From Veleropilina oligotropha (Eukaryota), in assembly GCA_048128005.1 (NCBI GenBank), contig JBEUKZ010000137.1, positions 310,001-374,000 on the forward strand: 64,000 nt of DNA, in the 5' to 3' direction. The notes under the pieces were generated by a model. The model did no database searches, was not told where the DNA came from, and saw only the letters and a program-made list of their open reading frames with translations. The translations under genes were made by a program, and so were the position numbers. Positions 1 through 13,327 of the stretch are shown here, piece by piece; the stretch's first letter is position 1, and each line of letters begins with the position of its first letter.

Positions 1-1404
1 TGTAAATGGAAGGAGCAGATGACATTGTGAAAATCAAATGGAAGAAGCAGACGACAAATGAATCGATGCTTAACTACATGCTCAAGAGGAAAGCAGTAAC
101 TAAACAATGAATACCATAGACGTAACCTAGGATTCAACGCACTGTTATTTAAACAGAGCAGTCAAACCAGTAAATCAGTGTTGGCACTCAACACCACCCG
201 GCTATCGGAGCGATTAACGGAAATAGAACAAGAAACAAGCACAGAATGTGTGCAATAACCTGCGTCATAAGCAAAATTTCTACTGTGAAACATGTGTGAT
301 ACATATAATACAGACCATGTTTCTGTATGATTTCATAGAATTCACAAATTGGTTTTCAAGAGTTACGCCCCTTTGACGCCCCTTTGACAGACTTAGTTAA
401 CTATAATAAAGTTGATTAATTATAATTTAATAAAGTATGCAAAATCTTAAAATGTTTAACTGTTATACCTCTTTTACTACTGTGAAACATGTGTGATACA
501 TATAATACAGACCACGTTTCTGTATGATTTAATATTTATTCATCAAAGAGGCTGTCATGGTAATTTGCTATTCTGTTAGGCAGCATCTCTCAATTCATAC
601 ATCAAGTGGTCATGCACTTTTTTCAAATTGGCTTGTTGTCGAAGTCGCCTAAAAGGTGGAAGATCTGGTTGAAATCATTTCAAAATTGTCTTCCCCCCAA
701 GAAGAACAACAACAACAACAACTTACATGTACCATTCATTGACCCTGCTAGACGCAGGTAAAAAGTAAGCACAACTTACATACCCCTGTTCGGTGCTTTC
801 AATAATTATAGTCTGTCAATGTAATATCAGCCATTATTCTTTAAAATATAAGAAATCTCTGCAGACACTGCGGCGAAACGATGACTAAACCATTGTGTCC
901 CCCCGACTATGGTCTGTGGATTCAATTATATATATGAGCCCTGGCCAGTTGAGGATAGTGATATTAGACACGTACACTGGACATACAGTCTGTTCTTGTA
1001 ATGGCAATATACAATCCCATTTTAAAATACTCATGGAATAAATCAATGAGGAAGTCAGTTTTCAAAATCCATCCAATTCATCTCTTTTGATAATTCCAGC
1101 TCCACAGAATGACGAATAAGCTTAACAGCTTACTGTACCTAATCACGGTGAGCAAGTCTTACAGATAAGCACGTCCCTTTCATCATACAGTCATACATAC
1201 ATAATATTTACATAAGTAAACAAAAGAAATAAAATTACATTTCAAAAATTAAATTTCAATACTCCAAAGCATAATTAAACAAGAAGACAAAGCCATCAAT
1301 ATCCCCTGCAATGGTACATTCACAATAATTAATATATATGCTGTATAGTTGATTTAAATAATAGCAAGGGCAATAAATCTGTCATTAATCATGGGAAATA
1401 AATC

Positions 1405-3850
1405 TGTCATTAATCATGACGCCACGTGAAAATTATGAAAAGGCACCAGTTAACCAGCTACTGAATACACCCACCAAGTTTCGTAATGACAAGTCAAGCA
1501 CTGTATGAGATATATAGTCGGGAATAACAAAATTAAAGCAAGGCAATAACTCTGTGAATATTTGACGTACAATGTCAAAATTAACGAAAGGCACCAGTTC
1601 AACAACTGCTTAATACACGCACCACATTGCATAAAGTTATGCCGAGCGGTTTATGAGATCCGCTTCGGAAAGGAGAACAGTAACAAATTAACAACAAGGG
1701 CAATAACTCTGTTTATGATCACCAAACAACGTCGAAACTAGCAGAAAGCACCAGTTCACCGCCTACTTAATATATCCAGCAAGTTTCGCAAAGTTATGTC
1801 GAGCGGTGTATGACCTACGCTCTGAAAAAGATAAAACATTTTAACAAATTTAGACAAAGGGATATAAGTCTGCTAATAATCGCCTCACAACGTCGAAACC
1901 AGCAAAAGGTACCAGTTCACCGACTAAGTACTGAAAACATCCAGCAAGTTTCATAAAATTATGTCAAGCTACGCTCCGGAAAAGATAACATTAACGAATT
2001 TAGAACAAGGGAAATAACTCTGTTAATAATAACAACACGACGTCGAAACAAGCAAAACGCACCAGTTCACCGGTACTTAATACACCCAGTAAGTTTCGAA
2101 AAGTTATGTTGAGCGGTGTATGAGATATGATCCGGACGAGATAATTTGCACGGACGGATGGATGGATGGTCTGCATTTTAATATCCCCCGCAAATTATTT
2201 TTGCGGGGATAAAAAAATGTTTTGCACACTCTGTTCGGTGTTTTTGATCATTGTAGTCCAGGTCAATATTAATTATTTCAGCAATTTTTTTAAAATATAT
2301 ATTTCAGAAATGCAAAAGTACTGTATAACTACTCAACCTCGTGAAGCTATCTTGTAGTACGATTTGGGAGATATGCTCCAGTCAAAAGTGTCGCACATTA
2401 TAGTCTATGTCAATCTTAGAGACAAAGGCGTCGCCCATTATAGTCAAACTAATATCTGCCATTATCATAAATAAAAAAGTTCTGAAACTAGCAAAAGGCA
2501 CAAGTACTCAACCTAGTAAATGTGTGTACTATGTTTCGTGAAGCTATCCTGTATGGTTTTGGCGATATGCTCCGGACAAAAGTGTCCTCCATTATAGTCT
2601 ATGTCAATCGTGTCCTCCATTATAGTCTATGTCAATCTTATATCCGCCATTTTTGGTAAAAATAAAAATTTCAGAAACCTAATAGCAAAAGGCACAAGTA
2701 CTTAACCTATGAGTGCATGAAGTTTCGTGAAGCTAGCATGTACGGTTTTGGAGATATGCTCTGGACAAAAGCGTCCTTCATTATAGTCTATGTCAATCTT
2801 ATATCTGCCATTTTTTTGTAAAAAATAAATATTTCAGAAACCTGAAAATATCAAAAGGCCCAAGTACTCAACCTAGTTAATGAGTGTATGAAGTTTCGTG
2901 AAGCTAGCATATATGCGGTTTTGGAGATATGCTCCGGACAAAGTTGAATGACCGGAAGGATGAACGAATGGAACGCAATATACCCCCAGCTACTTCGTAG
3001 CACGCGTGACGGGGGTATAATAACTCTGTTATGAATCGCGCACAACGTCGAAATTAGCAAAAGGCACCAGTTCACCAACTACTGAATACACCCACCAAAT
3101 TTCATAAAGATATGCCAATCGGTTTATGAGATATGCTCAGGAAAAGAGAACATTAACAAATTTACAACAAGGGCAATAACTCTATTATTAAGCGCCACAC
3201 AGTGGTGCAATTAGCAAAAGTCACCAGTTCACCAACTACTTAATACACCCAGCAAGTTTCGTAAAGTTATGTTGAGCGGTGTAAGAGATACCGTCCGGAA
3301 AATATAACATTAGCGAATTTACAACAAGGGCAGTAATTCTGTTAATAATCGCCGATCAACATGAAAAGGCACCAGTTCACCGACTACTTAATACACCCTG
3401 CAAGTATCGTAATGTTATGTTGAGCGGTGTATGAGATACGGTTCGGAAAAGATAACATTAGCGAATTTACAACAATTTACAACAAGGGCAGTAACTCTGT
3501 TAATAATCTCTGCTGAGCATCGAACCTGGCAAAAGGCACCAGTTCGCTGACTACTTATTACACCCTGTAAGTATCGCAAAGTTATATTGAGCAGTGTATG
3601 GGATACGATCCGGAAAAGATAACATTAGCGAATTTACAACAAGGACAGTAACTCTGTTAATAATCGCCCATTAAAGTCAAAACTGGCAAAATGCACCAGT
3701 TCACCGACTACTTAATACACCCTGCAAGTATCGTAAAGTCATGTCAAGCGGTGTAAGAGATATGCTCCAGAAACGATATCGATTACATACAGACGAACAG
3801 ACAGACTGTGCGATCACCAAGATCCCCCCGTTGGTAACCGGGGGGATAAC
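1405..3850 (+). repeat. Cluster of tandem-array elements (~120-bp AAAGGCACCAGTTCACC units plus a related AAAGGCACAAGTACTC family), Helentron/HINE-like
   Basis: Degenerate tandem units, each block ending in a (GACG/GATG/GACA)n microsatellite and a GC hairpin (2181-2211, ~2980-3020, 3822-3848). Confidence 0.75.
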
Positions 3851-4092
3851 AAAGCAGATGACATTATGTAAATCAAATGAAAGGAACAGACAGCATATTG
3901 TGTTGCGCAAATTAAACAAGACAGCATTTTGTAGCGCAATTAAATTTTCTCAATAATGAAAACAAATATATTTGTGATGTAATATATAAATCAAAGTGCT
4001 GAAGCACTGAAAAGTCGGAAAGTGAAGGGAGTATTGGTTTCGCAACATGAATTATATGCCCGCGTAATGAGTTTTTTGAAAGACTATTTAGC

Positions 4093-4910
4093 AACAAGGA
4101 TGAAAACGATTAGGCTTCTTCCTTATCACATGATTAAGGCATCCAGCAAGTTTCATTGATAAATAATTTATATTTGCTTAGTTATCGTGTGGAGATGAAA
4201 TATTTCTTGTTTTCGAACAAGGGCCAGAAGTCAACGACAAATCGAGCAACAGGGTTGAAAATGAATAGCGTCTTCCTTGTCACATGATTAAGGCATCCAG
4301 CAAGTTTCATTGAAAAATAATTTATATTTGCTTAGTTATCGTGCGGAAACAAAATATTTCTTGTTTTCGAACAAGGGCCAGAATTCAGCGACAAATCGAG
4401 CGACAAGGTTGAAAATGAATAGGCTTCTTCCTTGTCACATGATTAAGGCATCCAGCAAGTTTCATTGAAAAATATTTTATATTTGCTTATAGTTATCGTG
4501 CGATAACAAAATATTTCTTGTTTTCGAACAAGGGCCAGAAGTCAGTGACAAATCGAGCGACAAGGTTGAAAATGAATAGGCTTCTTCCTTGTCACATGAT
4601 TAAGGCATCCATTAAGTTTCATTGATAAATAATTTATATTTGCTTAGTTATCGTGCGGAAACGAATTTTCTTTTCGTTTTCGAACAGGGGCCAGAAGTCA
4701 ATGACGAATCGAGCGACATGGTTCAAAATGAATAGGCTCCTTCCTTGTCACATGATGGACCCATCTTGCAAGTTTCATATTTAAAAATGGTATATTTCTT
4801 GAGATATGGTGCGGAAACGAAGGCGGCGGATGGATTACAGACAGACGGACGGACAGACAGACGGACATCGCCATAGCATAATACACCTCGCCTTCGGCGG
4901 GCGTATAAAA
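4093..4910 (+). repeat. Tandem-array element, about 6 x ~121 bp, HINE-like
   Basis: Repeated GAATAGGCTTCTTCCTTGTCACATGATTAAGGCATCCAGCAAGTTTC, followed by (GACA/GACG)n and a terminal hairpin. Confidence 0.8.
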
Positions 4911-6337
4911 ATGAAGGTCATATTGTTCATTACACATTGGCTTAAAGAATTAACGTGCCAGACTCTAGGGGGTTAACCGTGCTCCCAACATATTTTTTAG
5001 TTATTTTATGAAACAGATTGATTACATCTTTACATTTTGGGAATATTACTTCAGCTAGACCGTGCAGTCACATTATAGAAATTTGATTTTAGTAGAATTC
5101 TTGAGAAATGGAAATCAAGCAAAATACGTAACGTTTTAAATTGTCTATTTATTGATTATTTTAACTTGAAATATAAATTTATTAAAGTTAGCACATAAAC
5201 AAACAGTTTTAAACAATATATTTAATATTCAATGACATTAAAAACTATAATTACCTATCTTATAAAAGCTTTTCACTACAATTACTTAATTAAATGTATA
5301 TATGTGTTCTTTATTTCATATGTACACAATTTACAATATATTATCACTTCTCTCTGTCAGCTCTTAATTTATCCAGCTTGGATGACGCATGCACAACAAC
5401 TTCTATTTATATAGCAAGTTATGATTATCATAACTGAGGTTTATGCATAAAGAATTAAATTATATCTGAGTCTACGATTTCCCGTTGCGTTCCTCAAACT
5501 AACACTATTCATTGGTCGTCACTGATCACGTGACAGTTGGCGTCTCCATCTTCAATTGGCGCTTGGAATTCAGAGGCTGCAGTTCTCCACACTCGTCGTA
5601 TTAATTCATGTATTTTTGATATTCGCAGACCACCACCATCCCCGCCATCCACCTTTATATGATGATGCCTGGGGCTTTTTCAGCTTAACATAACTATCTG
5701 TGTTTCATGTCTATCATAATCATGTAATATTATTGCCAGGTATGTATTACTATATATATATATATTGGCATACAATTATTCATATAGTTGATTTAATTCA
5801 TAATTTTCCCCAAATTCAATGTTTATATATATCATTCATATGCTTCCTTCAGTTGCACATTCCGCCTACGTGGAAACTCGATCTCCTCACAAGACTAGGA
5901 GAGCCTCATGAGCAATCTGAAGGAAACGATTGTCACTCTGATTTGCTGAATAAGTTTAAAAATCAATATTTCATATGCTTAATTCAAGTTGCACATTCCG
6001 CCTACGTGGAAACCCGATCTCCTCACGAGACTAGGAGAGCATCATGAGCAATTTGAATTGAACTGGTAATCCCACTAGCTGGATTCATTATAAATCGTTA
6101 GATACGATATCTGAACAACGATCTAGTACAATTGTATACCGTTTGCATCTGAAGCTTGTCGACAGCAGCTGAAAAAGCCCCTATTCCCAATGCATGTTGT
6201 AATAGAATAAATATACAATCTATCATATCTTTGTTATTTATGCATAAATGTCCTTTTGACTTTTGCTGTGGCTGTTCTATCATGTGGATTTACCCTCTGA
6301 AATAGTAGTCAATCTTGAAAACTTTATGAATGAGATA

Positions 6338-6500
6338 TAGAGGATCTATCTCACATGAGTGGTCATTTAATATCACATTTATGAAACGAGTTAAATAATT
6401 TTCATATTTTCCGAGGTTTTACCGAGGAAATTATGAAAATTAGTTAACGAGTTTCATAAATGTGATATTAAATGACCACGAATGTCAGATTCTATTTATC
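6338..6500. repeat. Long imperfect palindrome (~160 bp)
   Basis: GTGGTCATTTAATATCACATTTATGAAAC ... GTTTCATAAATGTGATATTAAATGACCAC. Confidence 0.85.
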
Positions 6501-7322
6501 ATATATCTCAAACTTATAAAGAAACAAGCTTTATAATGTTGTTTTTAATTTTTCTGTCACGTTCTAACATAATACTACTATTGACATAATTATGCGGCGT
6601 AGTAATATGGCAGAAGGTAAATTTGTAAATTGATTGTTCACGTCATGCAAAAGTGCCAATGAGTGTGAAAAATATATCCATTCTTCATCTACTCTATTAA
6701 CTATAAAGAGCAACAAATGCGGTTATGAAAAGAACTAATGTCGCTTTTATTTCAATATTATACTACCCAACAAGCCCTATTCAAATAACATTAAACAAGC
6801 GTGAAGGTTGTATTGTGTGTCAATTTCGTATCCTGGCAGTTTCACGTCTGCTGTCGACTTCAATTCTTCAGCGTACATATACAACATCAGAATCATGACA
6901 AATTTGATGGTTTTGTATACGGTAACAAATATAAACACGATTTGATATTAATTTTATATAAATACAACGTTACTATGTTAATTTCCATCTAAAATCAGTT
7001 CGAACCGACGTTAAGATGGCGGCCAAAAATGAAATGGACACCTACTATTGTGAATAGCGGAAACTATAGCTAATTGCAAACTTTTATCTTGTACATTGAA
7101 TTTTGTATGCTATGACTTTCGGGAGATAAACGATCTTACCTGGATGTCTGCTCCTAATATTGCAACTAAATATTGGTCGTTATTTGCAGTATTTTCCCTT
7201 GACCTTGGCCATGTTTTTCTGATCGGGTAATCGCAATTAGTAAAAAATAGTCCTGTGTACACAATGGTAAATGACCTTTTGTGAGCTCTACCATTGGCTG
7301 TTATTTTGATTCATTGATTAAA

Positions 7323-7674
7323 CTAGCTATGGTACCCGTCTCCGACGGTTAAGTCCCCCCACCCCAATTTTTTTTTTTTTTTTTTTTGGATAGTGCTCCC
7401 TTAAATAATTTTTTTTTTTCCCGAATTTTCCGAATTTTTTTCGTGGTAAACCTTCCTTGGGGGACCCCGATTAACCCCCCAAAGTTTGAAGGTCCTAGGT
7501 CAAAGCGTCTGGGAGGAGTTCAACTTGAAACAGACAGACAGACAGACAGACAGACACACACACATTAAGATTTTCCGAATTTTGTTCGTGGTAAACCTTC
7601 CTTGGGGGACCCCGATTAACCCCCCAAAGTTTGAAGGTCCTAGGTCAAAGCGTCTGGGAGGAGTTCAACTTGAA

Positions 7675-7705
<31 letters not shown>

Positions 7706-7740
7706 CACACACATACAATTATAGCTCCATTATATTAAGA
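7323..7740 (-). mobile_element. Non-autonomous Helitron with an internal duplication and (GACA)n
   Basis: Minus strand starts TCTTAATATAAT and ends with hairpin CCGTC-GGA-GACGG followed by CTAG, inserted between A and T. Two ~145-bp internal repeats. Confidence 0.85.
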
Positions 7741-8412
7741 TTATCCAATCAAATCAATCAAAAATTTGAAAGTCGTTATAAACAGTATGTATTATCGTTT
7801 TTAATACATAATACTTTGGCGCTACGTAAAAAGACCCGGATATGTGATAAATGAATGTAGACTATCAAGTCACAGCCTGCAACATTCTATCTTTTGGAAT
7901 CCCCCCTGTGAAAAACACGTAATTTGCAATTATAAACAGCCTTATTTTTGTGCACTTTATTATGATTTGCACAAAATAAAACACACAAAGTAGGTAAAAT
8001 AGATTTAAAATTACTTTTAAGATGTACCCTAATTTGAGAGAAAATTCAATAATTTATGCAATAAACAGATAGGTGGAATAGCCATGTAAATTCTGCCTGT
8101 TTACCGAGCAGTAATTTTTTCCAATTGCAAGCTACATGATTGTTTGATACAATTATAGTTCAGTATGACACAGCAGAAGAGTTTGTTACTAAATAGCATA
8201 ATAGATATGGAATATTGCGTTTAAATTGACCAAACTCCATTTCAGAAGTGGGTGCTACTTTAAACATCGGATGCACAAGTTGTGAAAGTGACCTGAATTT
8301 TAACGGAATGTGATTGGACAAAATGTAAATCTGATATTTTCCAAAAGCTAGATATGTCTTCCCACATAAAAATAGACATGGATGTTTGTAACAATTAAAT
8401 ATGTTACCTTAC

Positions 8413-8464
8413 CTTTATCTGGCGGAGGCACGCTAGTATGACTAGATGATGTTGTAGCACTGGT
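8413..8464 (-). CDS. PHTF: Probable PHTF coding exon 9 (TSATTSSSHTSVPPPDK)
   Basis: TTTCAG| ... AAAG|GTAAGG, 52 nt, phase-0 entry. The following conserved exon was not found, so the gene probably continues left of the window. Confidence 0.6.
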
Positions 8465-8741
8465 CTGAAACCCAAGGACAGCAATGTTATAAATAATGTA
8501 CCAAACAGCACCAAGAAGGAGTGCATTGTCAAAAAACAAAGATCTGCTAAATTTAAAGTTAAGGGGATGCTAGCACCCCAGTGAGGTACTTCTATTTGGC
8601 AACAACAAGATGGCGGCCCCTCCAGCCGCTGAGGAGAGCATGAAAATTTCGTTTGTCGCAATTGTTGACAGCTCGAAACATCATTATATGGCAATTTAAT
8701 TTTATAAAATTATTATGGAAAAATAACTTTTTGTGGGTATT

Positions 8742-9309
8742 TTTTAGAACTTTTTTTTTTTTTTAAACTACAAATTCCCGACGTTTCGGCCATTATCGAT
8801 GGCCTTGGTCACATGATGTTTGCTCTTGTGTAAATACTGCTCAGGAATCGTGTTGAGCACCTGGCGTTAGATGGCGGGCAGTTGGGCTGGTATCCCTGGT
8901 CTCTGTTCATAGATGGCGTGCGGCGGATGATATGGATCAACTCTTTGATTTTGCGTTTGAGCCAGTTCTCCTCCCTGGCCGGAATCTTGGTGTTATCATT
9001 CGACACGGAGTGGCCCGTAGTACTAGTGTTGCAGTGATCCCAACTACTGTGGGTTTGTACAGGTTACGGTGTTCTTTAAACCTGGTGGCCAGAGTGCGTT
9101 TATATAGAGTGATGTTGTATATGACGCCACACTGGTTTTCCTTTGGGAGTCTTGTCCTTTGGATGTACTAGACGATATCTTAGGTCTTAGGACGTTAGTC
9201 GGCTTGTGATTCCTGAGTAGCAGTTACGCAAGAGCAAACATCACGTGACCAAGGCAATACGATAGTGGCCGAAACATCTGGAAATCTTAGTTTAAAAAAA
9301 GTTCTAAAA
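8742..9309 (-). mobile_element. Penelope-like element fragment (GIY-YIG endonuclease C-terminus) with inverted pseudo-LTRs
   Basis: Decayed translation VHPKDKTPK..CGVIYNIT..RTLATRFKEHR..REENWLKRKIKELIHI..PSMNRDQGY. Inverted repeats at 8742-8849 and 9208-9309. Confidence 0.85.
8780..8812 (-). ncRNA. Minimal hammerhead-ribozyme-like motif in the Penelope pLTR (second copy at 9245-9278, +)
   Basis: GUGACCA-A-GGCCAU(CGAUA)AUGGCC-GAAAC-GUC: stem II, GAAA and the GUC cleavage triplet are present; stem I is poor. Confidence 0.55.
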
Positions 9310-9316
9310 GTAAGTA

Positions 9317-10831
9317 AACTAGAAAAACGTTACAAGAATGCCCGCGTGTCCTCATAATAACTAACATCCATACCAAATTTGAATGAGATCGGATAAGAAC
9401 TTTCCACTATATAGCGCACACAAGGAAACTCTTCAAAACAAAATGGCCACCACGACGAGAATAGTTAGACCTAGTGGCATGTCCTCCCTCATCTTGACTC
9501 ATCAACATGCACACCGAATTTGAATCCATTAGGATTAGAATTTTTCATTGTAGAATGCACACAAGAAATATAATCAAAACAAAATGGCTGCCCTGAATCC
9601 GAAATGGTGAAAATCGATAGGTGTAGTGTCCTCATCATACCAAAAGTGTATATCTAATTTGAATGAAATAGGATAAGACCTTTTTACTATAGAGCTAACA
9701 GAAGATATACCTTAAAAACAAAATGGCCACCACGGCGGCAATCTTGAATCCGAAAACGACGAAAATCGATAGGCGGGGTGTCCTCATCATAACGATCGTT
9801 TATACAAAATTTGAATGAAATCGGAATAGAACTTTTCACCATAGAGCTGACACAAGAAATATCTTCAAAACAAAATGGTCACCACGTCGGCCATCTTAAA
9901 TCTGAAAATGGCAAAATTATTTAGGTGGTGTGTCCTCATCTTAATGAACGTGCATACCGAATTTGAATCAAATCGGAATATAATTCTTCACTGTAGAACA
10001 GACACAAGAAATATCTTCAAAACAAAATGGCCACCATGGCAGCCATCTTCAATCCGAAAACGACGAAAATCGTTCGACGGCATGGCCTCATCATAATGAG
10101 CGTGCATTACGAATTTGAATCAAATCGGGATAGAACTCTTCACTGTAGAACAGACACAAGAAATATATTCCAAACAAAATGGCCACCACGGCGGCTATCT
10201 TGAATACGAAAACGACGAATGTCGTTAGTCTGCGTGTCCCCATCATAACGAACATGCATACCGAATTTGAATGAAATCGGAATAGAACTCTTTACTGTAG
10301 AGCACACATAAGAAATTTAACAAAATGGCCGCCGTGGCGGCCATCTTGAATCCAAAAACGAGCGGACACAAAAAACTTTAACGAAAAACTTTAACCTAAA
10401 ATTCACCTAAACTTCTATGTACAAAGAGACCATCATATTTTCATTAATTATATAAAATCTTATTGAACATCATTACCAGAGTATCAGATGATATCCATAT
10501 AACCTATAACAAAGCATACATACACTAAAAAGTCCCTTGGACAGAGATTTTTGTCGTTTTTTGGATTCAAGATTTCCGCCATGGTGGCCATTTTGTTTTG
10601 AAGGTATATCTTCTGTGAGCTCACTAGTGAAAAGTTCTTATCCTATTTCATTCATATTAGATATACACTTTTGGTATGATGAGGACACTATACCTATCGA
10701 TTTTAACCATTTCGGATTCAAGATGGCCGCCCTGGCAGCCATTTTGTTTTAACGAAAAACTTGAACCAAATTGTTGACGCCGGACGGTACAGAAACAATA
10801 TGCCCTTTCGCCTTAGGCGCGGGCATAAAAA
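9317..10831 (+). repeat. Tandem-array element with ~150-bp AAATGGCCACCACGGCGGCCATCTTG units, one unit inverted (~10551-10750)
   Basis: About 7 direct units, one reverse-complement unit, and a terminal hairpin ATGCCC...GGGCAT. Confidence 0.75.
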
Positions 10832-10844
10832 TACCTACAATATC

Positions 10845-11860
10845 CAGCCCTCGGAATTAAGGTCGGCATTCGGCAATGCCGACCTCGTTGCCGACCTGCA
10901 AGCGTACGAGGTCGGCAAAAATTTGCCGACCTCGATTTATCTTGCTAAAAGGTCTGTTCATATATATTATACTAATTACAATATTTATTCATAACTTGTT
11001 AAGTTGTATCTCTTTACCTACTTTGTATATTGTGCATCCTGGTTGAAATGTTCACCAATAAATCGTTAACATCACAAGTTTTCAACACAAGCGCTCCATT
11101 CGCACATGTACGCTATTTATAAATTACTAGGTCACGGATTCAAATCGCGTCTCCAAAATAATACGTGCTATGTTTCCAACTTACAATGTGGTAATCTTTC
11201 TTATGGATAAAATGGCATATAACCAATTTAAGACACCATTTAATGATTAAATATTAATTTAAATAGATTTAGAGACTTATGAACTTTATCCCAGAATTGG
11301 GTCTACTTGTACTTAGTATTTATTCAGATTCAGATACGAACACGCAGCGCGTCGGTCGCTGCGGGGTACGCGATTAGTGACCACGGCCAACGGGCAGAAA
11401 TAACGTGTACAATTTGACTTAGCAATAAGATTCATGAGCGTGAAACTGCCTGTCATATATTTATTCCACGTGCTTATTGTAAATAAAGATATTTGCTGAT
11501 TCTATTGTCACTTTATCATCTACCAAATGGAGATTTAAAAAAAGATTTTGCTACTCAATATTCGTCACGCGAACAGGTGAGGTAAACGGTAACACGTGCG
11601 CGATGCCGCGTGTGTGGGAGTCTCCCCCGTTCGCTCAAAATTTAAACAATATCATATGTTGGCTAAATAGCAAATTAATTCAAGATAAATATACAGAGAA
11701 ACAATGGTTAAAACATTCTTAAATTATGTATTTAAACAAGATTTAAGCATTGTGTTAACAGAAAACAGTTTTAAAAAATTTGCCGACCTCGTGCCGACCT
11801 GGTTGGACTTGAGGTCGGCAAAAATTTGCCGACCTGGATTTTTCCTAATTGCGAGGGCTG
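10845..11860. mobile_element. Non-autonomous DNA transposon (CAG-terminal TIR, 7-bp TSD)
   Basis: TIR CAGCCCTCG.AATTA / TAATT.CGAGGGCTG, CAATATC on both sides, and subterminal GCCGACCT repeats. Confidence 0.85.
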
Positions 11861-11992
11861 CAATATCATCCTTTAGGACCATGAACAATCTATTCTACAA
11901 AAAATAACTTTTAGTACACTTGAGCTCATGATATAACAGCATCTCGTTCCTTATTGGAAATAAGCGTTGATTCAGTCAAAACCAATCCTTAC

Positions 11993-12172
11993 TGGCTGGA
12001 GTAGGTTGATGACGTGGATGTTGCTGGCCGTCATCAGCACATTGGCGCCCTCGGACGGACTCCCGGACCCGTTGTTGTCAGAGATGTCCGAGGCGCAGCT
12101 GCTGGTGTACGACGAGGACGACGCCACGTCCGACTGCATCCGGTCCTCCCACTCCTCCGAGCTGATGGTGGC
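11993..12172 (-). CDS. PHTF: PHTF coding exon 8 (ATISSEEWEDRMQSDVASSSSYTSSC...)
   Basis: TTCCAG| ... CCA|GTAAGG, 180 nt, phase 0/0. GC-rich coding-like island. Confidence 0.85.
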
Positions 12173-12860
12173 CTGGAACGAAAAGTCCGGATTAATAAAC
12201 CGAAAGTCCGGATTACTGAAGAACTGAAAGTCCAGATTAATGGTAGAACGGAAAGTCCGGATTAATTTCATGCAATACTAGATGGAAGCTGCAAATATAA
12301 CAGAGGTAATGCTTCATTGAGCGGCAAAAACCCCAAATTAATTTTGTAGTCCTTCCTGCTTTCCAACATCATGCTCTAATTTGGAAGTTGCAAATATCCA
12401 TCCCTGGCAAGTAAGATTATCCTCGAATAACACAAACTTTGCACGCATTGGATAGCTCCTCTACCTTTCCATTAATCGACCTTCCATTATCCAGGTTTGT
12501 TAAATTGAATAGGTCTACAAAATGCCTGTATAACTCCAGTACTTAACTAGTATTGGTACGTATTTCTAACTGTTGAATTCCCTCCCCTTTCAATCTGCAG
12601 TGGTGTAATAAAATTAATCTTAATCCCCAGAATCAATATCTATATCATTGTCTGTACAGCGCAACACATACAAAAAAATAATGTTTCACGATACGGAAGA
12701 TAACTTTTAAGCTTTAACGATTGTATTTGCATAGATATTTCAAGAATCACAGCAGGTTCATGTATTGGAGAATAACCGACCCCATCTTGGCATCTCCAAA
12801 TTTTGTCTTATCATACCTTATTGCAATCCGATGTGTTTGAAACCGGTGTGATATAATGGT

Positions 12861-13306
12861 AAATGGAGCCCACGATTTATACCTGGGTCCATATTCTATA
12901 GCGGAATGTGGACCCCCGGGTACATATTCCGCTATGGAATATGGACTCCCCATATGGAAAGTGAACCCCCCACTGAAATAGGTAATATAGATAAATTTAC
13001 CTTATAATCAGGTTTCATATTGATAAATTATGTTTTGCAAACCTGAAATGTGTAATATAATTTTAACGGAAGCTTTGTCAGCTATAATATTGTGATCAGT
13101 GATATATATGTCATGGTAAACAGCCTGATTAGGTAGAATCGCTATTCTAACAGTAGAAACTGATTGATTGAATGAATATATATATTGATGACTAACAATA
13201 TAAATATATATATTGATGTTAACGGTTAATGATTATAACTATATTCAATACAGGGGTCCATATTCAATAGTGGAATATGGACAAAAGGGTTTATGGGCGT
13301 CCATTT
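12861..13306. mobile_element. Probable MITE with GGTCCATATTC subterminal repeats
   Basis: AAATGGAGCCCA / TGGGCGTCCATTT ends and repeated GTCCATATTC/GAATATGGAC. Confidence 0.5.
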
Positions 13307-13327
13307 TCAATCTCCCACAATTATTAC

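Noticed and set aside
280..6056. Short direct duplications (280-333 / 477-530 and 5851-5920 / 5987-6056)
   Set aside because: Ordinary local duplications with no further structure.
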